Shown in pieces: positions 62,601-64,000 of a DNA stretch of 64,000 nucleotides (the stretch's first letter is position 1; every line of letters begins with the position of its first letter). The notes beneath the pieces are model-generated. The model was not told where the DNA came from, made no database searches, and saw only the letters and a list, made by a program, of their open reading frames with translations. Where the stretch lies: NCBI RefSeq assembly GCF_028641065.1, contig NC_073409.1:11408001-11472000 (forward strand), in the 5' to 3' direction. The stretch comes from Leucoraja erinacea. Taxonomy: Eukaryota. Both the position numbers and the translations under genes were made by a program.

Positions 62601-63466
62601 AAAGACGTTTGTATTAATTCATCCTTATAATGTTCACTGTAAAGTACTGTTGAAGTTCAATGTATAGCCACAAACAAACAGAACATACATTTTGGATTTA
62701 TCAATGTATTAACTCTCTCTCTTTAATTTGATACAAGGTCATACATCCCAGTTTATGTTCTTACAGATCAATTAGAAATACACAAAGTATGAAATCCTAA
62801 ATATTTTCTATACACATAATGCAACACCCCAAACAACTATTGCATTGTAATGCCAAAGCATTAACCATTATTTTTCGTTATTGAAAATTTGCAGAAACTG
62901 CAAGCAAAAATTCAGCAGGTCAGGTAACATCAGTGGAATGGGAAACAGAGTTAATCTTTCATGCTGAAGCTCCTGTTCCAGTGCAGTGACAGGCATACAT
63001 GTCGGTACAAAACAGGGATACAGACGTCCTCGTATCCCTATCGTTAGCGCATCTTCCCCAGCCAACAATGGGCCATTATGAACTCAACCCTTCCTGAGGT
63101 AATTTGTTCTGACCCTTTTATCGCGTCCAATTGCCCCCCCCACCTCTATCTTTCAGTCTGAAGAAGGGTTCCAACTCAAAATGTCACCTATTCCTTCTTT
63201 CCAGAAATGCTGCCTGACCCGCTGAGTTACTCCAGCAGTTTTCCCCGAACTGCTAAGTGTTTCCAACGTTTTATGTTTTTATTTCAGATTTGCAGTATTT
63301 GTAGTTTTGCTTTGACATTCCTTCCACTTACTGTATTGTATAACTCTTCAAGTCTAGGGATTGTGAGGAACTTGTGCATGCTAACTCCATTTTCAATGAG
63401 AAGTTTCACAAATTCCACTCTGTCCATGACAAGAGCTTCCAACATCGCTTGTTCAAGGGATCCAAC
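15069..63466 (-). CDS. TRPM7: TRPM7 channel-kinase, partial gene span (28 coding exons, about human exons 12-39; 5' end outside the window)
   Basis: Spliced exons total 4341 nt in frame and cover the MHR region, S1-S6, pore [11 protein letters not shown] box WKYQR, coiled coil, Ser/Thr-rich linker and alpha-kinase. The C-terminus DIKRNDYTP...RLMI is TRPM7-type. Confidence 0.97.
16593..16629. repeat. (TA)n microsatellite
   Basis: Read directly. Confidence 0.9.
17615..18660. mobile_element. Second non-autonomous hAT-like element nested in the first
   Basis: Imperfect TIRs TAGGTATGTTGCAAAA / TTTTGTAACATTGCTA and near-identical 8-bp flanks gtaaaaag / gtaaaagt. Confidence 0.65.
18835..19020. repeat. 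Polypurine GA/G-rich low-complexity tract
   Basis: Read directly; produces the spurious Pro/Leu-rich ORFs here. Confidence 0.8.
19561..19667 (-). CDS. TRPM7: TRPM7 exon [12 protein letters not shown]...[13 protein letters not shown] (kinase Zn-binding region)
   Basis: AG/GT, 107 nt; GxxNLG and HxCNxxC motifs. Confidence 0.95.
20330..20381 (-). CDS. TRPM7: TRPM7 exon [17 protein letters not shown]
   Basis: AG/GT, 52 nt; LTDP motif. Confidence 0.95.
21531..21736 (-). CDS. TRPM7: TRPM7 exon [10 protein letters not shown]...[19 protein letters not shown]
   Basis: AG/GT, 206 nt; catalytic DLQG. Confidence 0.96.
23054..23136 (-). CDS. TRPM7: TRPM7 exon [27 protein letters not shown]
   Basis: AG/GT, 83 nt. 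Confidence 0.95.
24023..24306 (-). CDS. TRPM7: TRPM7 exon [14 protein letters not shown]...GGGLRRA...HLCLK (kinase N-lobe)
   Basis: AG/GT, 284 nt; within ORF 23930-24337. Confidence 0.96.
26145..26332 (+). mobile_element. Tigger/pogo-like element end inserted in a CR1 fragment
   Basis: TA followed by CAGATGCTCCT.GACTTACGATG with repeated cgacttacga units; interrupts the CR1 RPHLEY sequence. Confidence 0.55.
28117..28182 (-). CDS. TRPM7: TRPM7 exon [22 protein letters not shown] (kinase dimerisation segment)
   Basis: AG/GT, 66 nt. Confidence 0.95.
28275..28325 (-). CDS. TRPM7: TRPM7 exon [17 protein letters not shown]
   Basis: AG/GT, 51 nt. Confidence 0.93.
28568..28621 (-). CDS. TRPM7: Candidate alternative TRPM7 cassette exon [18 protein letters not shown]
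   Basis: Acceptor ctcccatctttttcag and donor GAG|gtaaga; 54 nt, phase 1-1, open in the TRPM7 frame. Confidence 0.5.
29630..29655 (-). CDS. TRPM7: TRPM7 micro-exon AAGEDALS
   Basis: Acceptor tttcag, donor gtaaga, 26 nt, phase 2 to 1. Confidence 0.8.
31001..31041 (-). CDS. TRPM7: TRPM7 micro-exon [14 protein letters not shown]
   Basis: Acceptor gtttag, donor gtaagt, 41 nt, phase 0 to 2; restores the frame between its neighbours. Confidence 0.8.
34330..34415 (-). CDS. TRPM7: TRPM7 exon [29 protein letters not shown]
   Basis: AG/GT, 86 nt; resembles mammalian RRPSTED...SKAAL. Confidence 0.85.
35318..36946 (+). mobile_element. Tc1 IR/DR-type transposon with a degenerate transposase, inserted in CR1
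   Basis: TA-flanked ~225-bp inverted repeats, each with outer and inner CCATAATGTTTG.GACA direct repeats. Transposase motifs [19 protein letters not shown] and QQDNDPKPT. Confidence 0.92.
37708..37816 (-). CDS. TRPM7: TRPM7 exon [21 protein letters not shown]...AQAFS
   Basis: AG/GT, 109 nt; [10 protein letters not shown] resembles mammalian LKRVSSLAGF. Confidence 0.85.
37927..38021 (-). CDS. TRPM7: TRPM7 exon [12 protein letters not shown]...AIHDL
   Basis: Acceptor tttcag; GHKD resembles GHRD. The donor gtacac is weak, so the 3' boundary is less certain. Confidence 0.75.
38370..38860 (+). mobile_element. GC-rich non-autonomous retroposon (SINE-like)
   Basis: Body related to 42591-43448; tail ttcactgtaccttaattggtac..gtgacaa recurs at ~4470, ~9000 and ~62530. 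Confidence 0.5.
39548..40275 (-). CDS. TRPM7: TRPM7 large exon (coiled coil [15 protein letters not shown]... to EFGAFV)
   Basis: AG/GT, 728 nt; within ORF 38937-40265. Confidence 0.95.
41523..42448 (+). mobile_element. Young 5'-truncated CR1 LINE
   Basis: Nearly open ORF2 C-terminus (ADDTKL...[13 protein letters not shown]) and a (ttctatgt)n tail. Confidence 0.93.
42591..43448 (-). mobile_element. Non-autonomous retroposon with AAGATGGCG 5' end, L2-like 3' end and (ATT)n tail, inserted in a Penelope-derived repeat
   Basis: Host repeat ctctccagaga|gatgctgcctg is split around it; 3' end aaagcactttg...gtgctatataaataaa. Confidence 0.6.
44292..44424 (-). CDS. TRPM7: TRPM7 exon [19 protein letters not shown]...RIRVTSE
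   Basis: AG/GT, 133 nt. Confidence 0.95.
44947..46122 (+). mobile_element. Penelope-like element 3' part (GIY-YIG endonuclease) with an inverted pseudo-LTR
   Basis: ORF 45638-45964 has [30 protein letters not shown] (GIY-YIG). 44947-45225 is an inverted copy of ~45870-46122. Confidence 0.88.
46163..46350 (-). CDS. TRPM7: TRPM7 exon [19 protein letters not shown]...GGP (TRP box)
   Basis: AG/GT, 188 nt. Confidence 0.96.
47176..47308 (-). CDS. TRPM7: TRPM7 exon [13 protein letters not shown]...VNLLIAFF (outer pore loop and S6)
   Basis: AG/GT, 133 nt. Confidence 0.94.
47559..47606. repeat. (TG)n(CG)n alternating purine-pyrimidine tract
   Basis: Read directly; Z-DNA-prone composition. Confidence 0.85.
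47650..49639 (+). mobile_element. L1-clade LINE ORF2 fragment, degenerate, with A-rich tail
   Basis: [36 protein letters not shown]-terminal CVRC..HMFFLCP, and poly-A at ~49620. Confidence 0.85.
50841..51015 (-). CDS. TRPM7: TRPM7 exon VANMFYIV...[10 protein letters not shown] (S5 and selectivity filter)
   Basis: AG/GT, 175 nt. Confidence 0.96.
51586..51837 (-). CDS. TRPM7: TRPM7 exon IFMSEAGK...[10 protein letters not shown] (S3-S4)
   Basis: AG/GT, 252 nt. Confidence 0.96.
52779..52907 (-). CDS. TRPM7: TRPM7 exon [16 protein letters not shown]...AIEKIRE (S1-S2)
   Basis: AG/GT, 129 nt. Confidence 0.95.
53000..53950. mobile_element. Degenerate Penelope-like GIY-YIG remnants
   Basis: ORF 53471-53761 [27 protein letters not shown], with an inverted partial copy nearby. 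Confidence 0.65.
54583..54726 (-). CDS. TRPM7: TRPM7 exon EVFKEEG...[13 protein letters not shown]
   Basis: AG/GT, 144 nt. Confidence 0.95.
55792..55947 (-). CDS. TRPM7: TRPM7 exon [27 protein letters not shown]...QISM
   Basis: AG/GT, 156 nt. Confidence 0.95.
56121..56349 (-). CDS. TRPM7: TRPM7 exon [17 protein letters not shown]...RKNSWYK
   Basis: AG/GT, 229 nt. Confidence 0.96.
56908..57417. mobile_element. PIF/Harbinger-type MITE with internal cttcgacta tandem repeats
   Basis: ~30-bp TIRs (GGG.TGTCCCACTGCGGC..CCTAAT) and a TAA target duplication (56905-56907 and 57418-57420). Confidence 0.8.
57780..58048 (-). mobile_element. tRNA-derived V-SINE-like element with a CR1-like tail
   Basis: B box GGTTCGATCC on minus at ~57990-58000, plus a V-core fragment. 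Confidence 0.7.
58260..58540 (-). CDS. TRPM7: TRPM7 exon [25 protein letters not shown]...ELKQSS
   Basis: AG/GT, 281 nt. Confidence 0.96.
59399..59530 (+). mobile_element. Penelope-derived short repeat carrying a minimal hammerhead ribozyme motif
   Basis: GT-CTGAAGA-AGGGTC-TC-GACCC-GAAAC-GTC followed by gatgctgcc..gagttactccagc; many related copies in the window. Confidence 0.7.
59922..60056 (-). CDS. TRPM7: TRPM7 exon [15 protein letters not shown]...TAQPYKLK
   Basis: AG/GT, 135 nt. Confidence 0.95.
61124..61264 (-). CDS. TRPM7: TRPM7 exon [24 protein letters not shown]...GPTR
   Basis: AG/GT, 141 nt. Confidence 0.96.
62269..62322 (-). CDS. TRPM7: TRPM7 exon [18 protein letters not shown]
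   Basis: AG/GT, 54 nt. Confidence 0.95.
63332..63466 (-). CDS. TRPM7: TRPM7 exon [17 protein letters not shown]...LEELYNT
   Basis: AG/GT, 135 nt. Confidence 0.96.
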
Positions 63467-64000
63467 CTGAAACATTCAATAACAATTAGAGATTGACCTA
63501 AAAAAGGTATGCTAAATGCCCACACCTATCTAAATAGAACCTAATTAGAAAATAATTGAATATATAAAGAAGTTTTGAATTTATAATTGCTACCTTTAGA
63601 AATAAGCATTATAAAATTAAAATCAACTTGAAATGTTGAAACAAGTCTTCTGCTGAGACCTGCTGGTGGACATACGGATAATTAGGAAATCTCAGGCAGA
63701 GGTTTTAGTGTTTCCTTCTGCATAGCTCAGCTATAAACAGAATGAAATCAGCGAGAAAAGTTAAATTTTAACAATTTTATTTTTCAGAAATCCTATGTGA
63801 TTTTTAATGTTCGTGATTTCAAGATTATCAAACACTCAAAAAAAGTATGACGGTAAGAGACACAAGGAACTGCAGAAGCTGGAATCTTGATCAAAAATCA
63901 AAATGCTGGGGGAACTCAGTGGGTCTGGCAGCATTTATGGAGGGACAAGAACAGAGGACATTTTAGATCAGGACCCTTCTTCAGATTGATGGAGTAGGGA

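Noticed and set aside
15069-63466. Assignment of the channel-kinase as TRPM6
   Set aside because: The filter EVYAYEID, the linker EFGAFVGHKD and the C-terminus DIKRNDYTP...RLMI are TRPM7-type.

Overview
Vertebrate genomic DNA, probably from a cartilaginous fish such as a skate or ray (inferred from the repeat families and the TRPM7 sequence). The minus strand carries two protein-coding genes. (1) The 3' three-quarters of TRPM7, a channel-kinase: 28 exons with canonical GT-AG junctions and consistent phases, from 63466 down to the TAG stop at 15069, about 1446 aa. The 5' exons lie beyond the right edge. (2) Downstream of it, a small four-exon gene that the ORF track misses because it has an in-frame UGA. 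It encodes an Rdx-family (SELENOW2/MIEN1-like) selenoprotein with the motif VKVEY-C-A-G-U-GF and has a canonical-looking SECIS hairpin in its 3' UTR (777-854). TRPM7 also shows a ~200-codon open extension of its largest exon with a second in-frame donor, and a candidate 54-nt cassette exon. Introns contain many CR1, Rex/Babar, L1 and Penelope-like retroelements (the last with minimal hammerhead motifs), V-SINEs, and Tc1, hAT and Harbinger DNA elements, several of them nested. Coordinates were read by hand. Comparisons with human and mouse proteins are from memory, not alignments.
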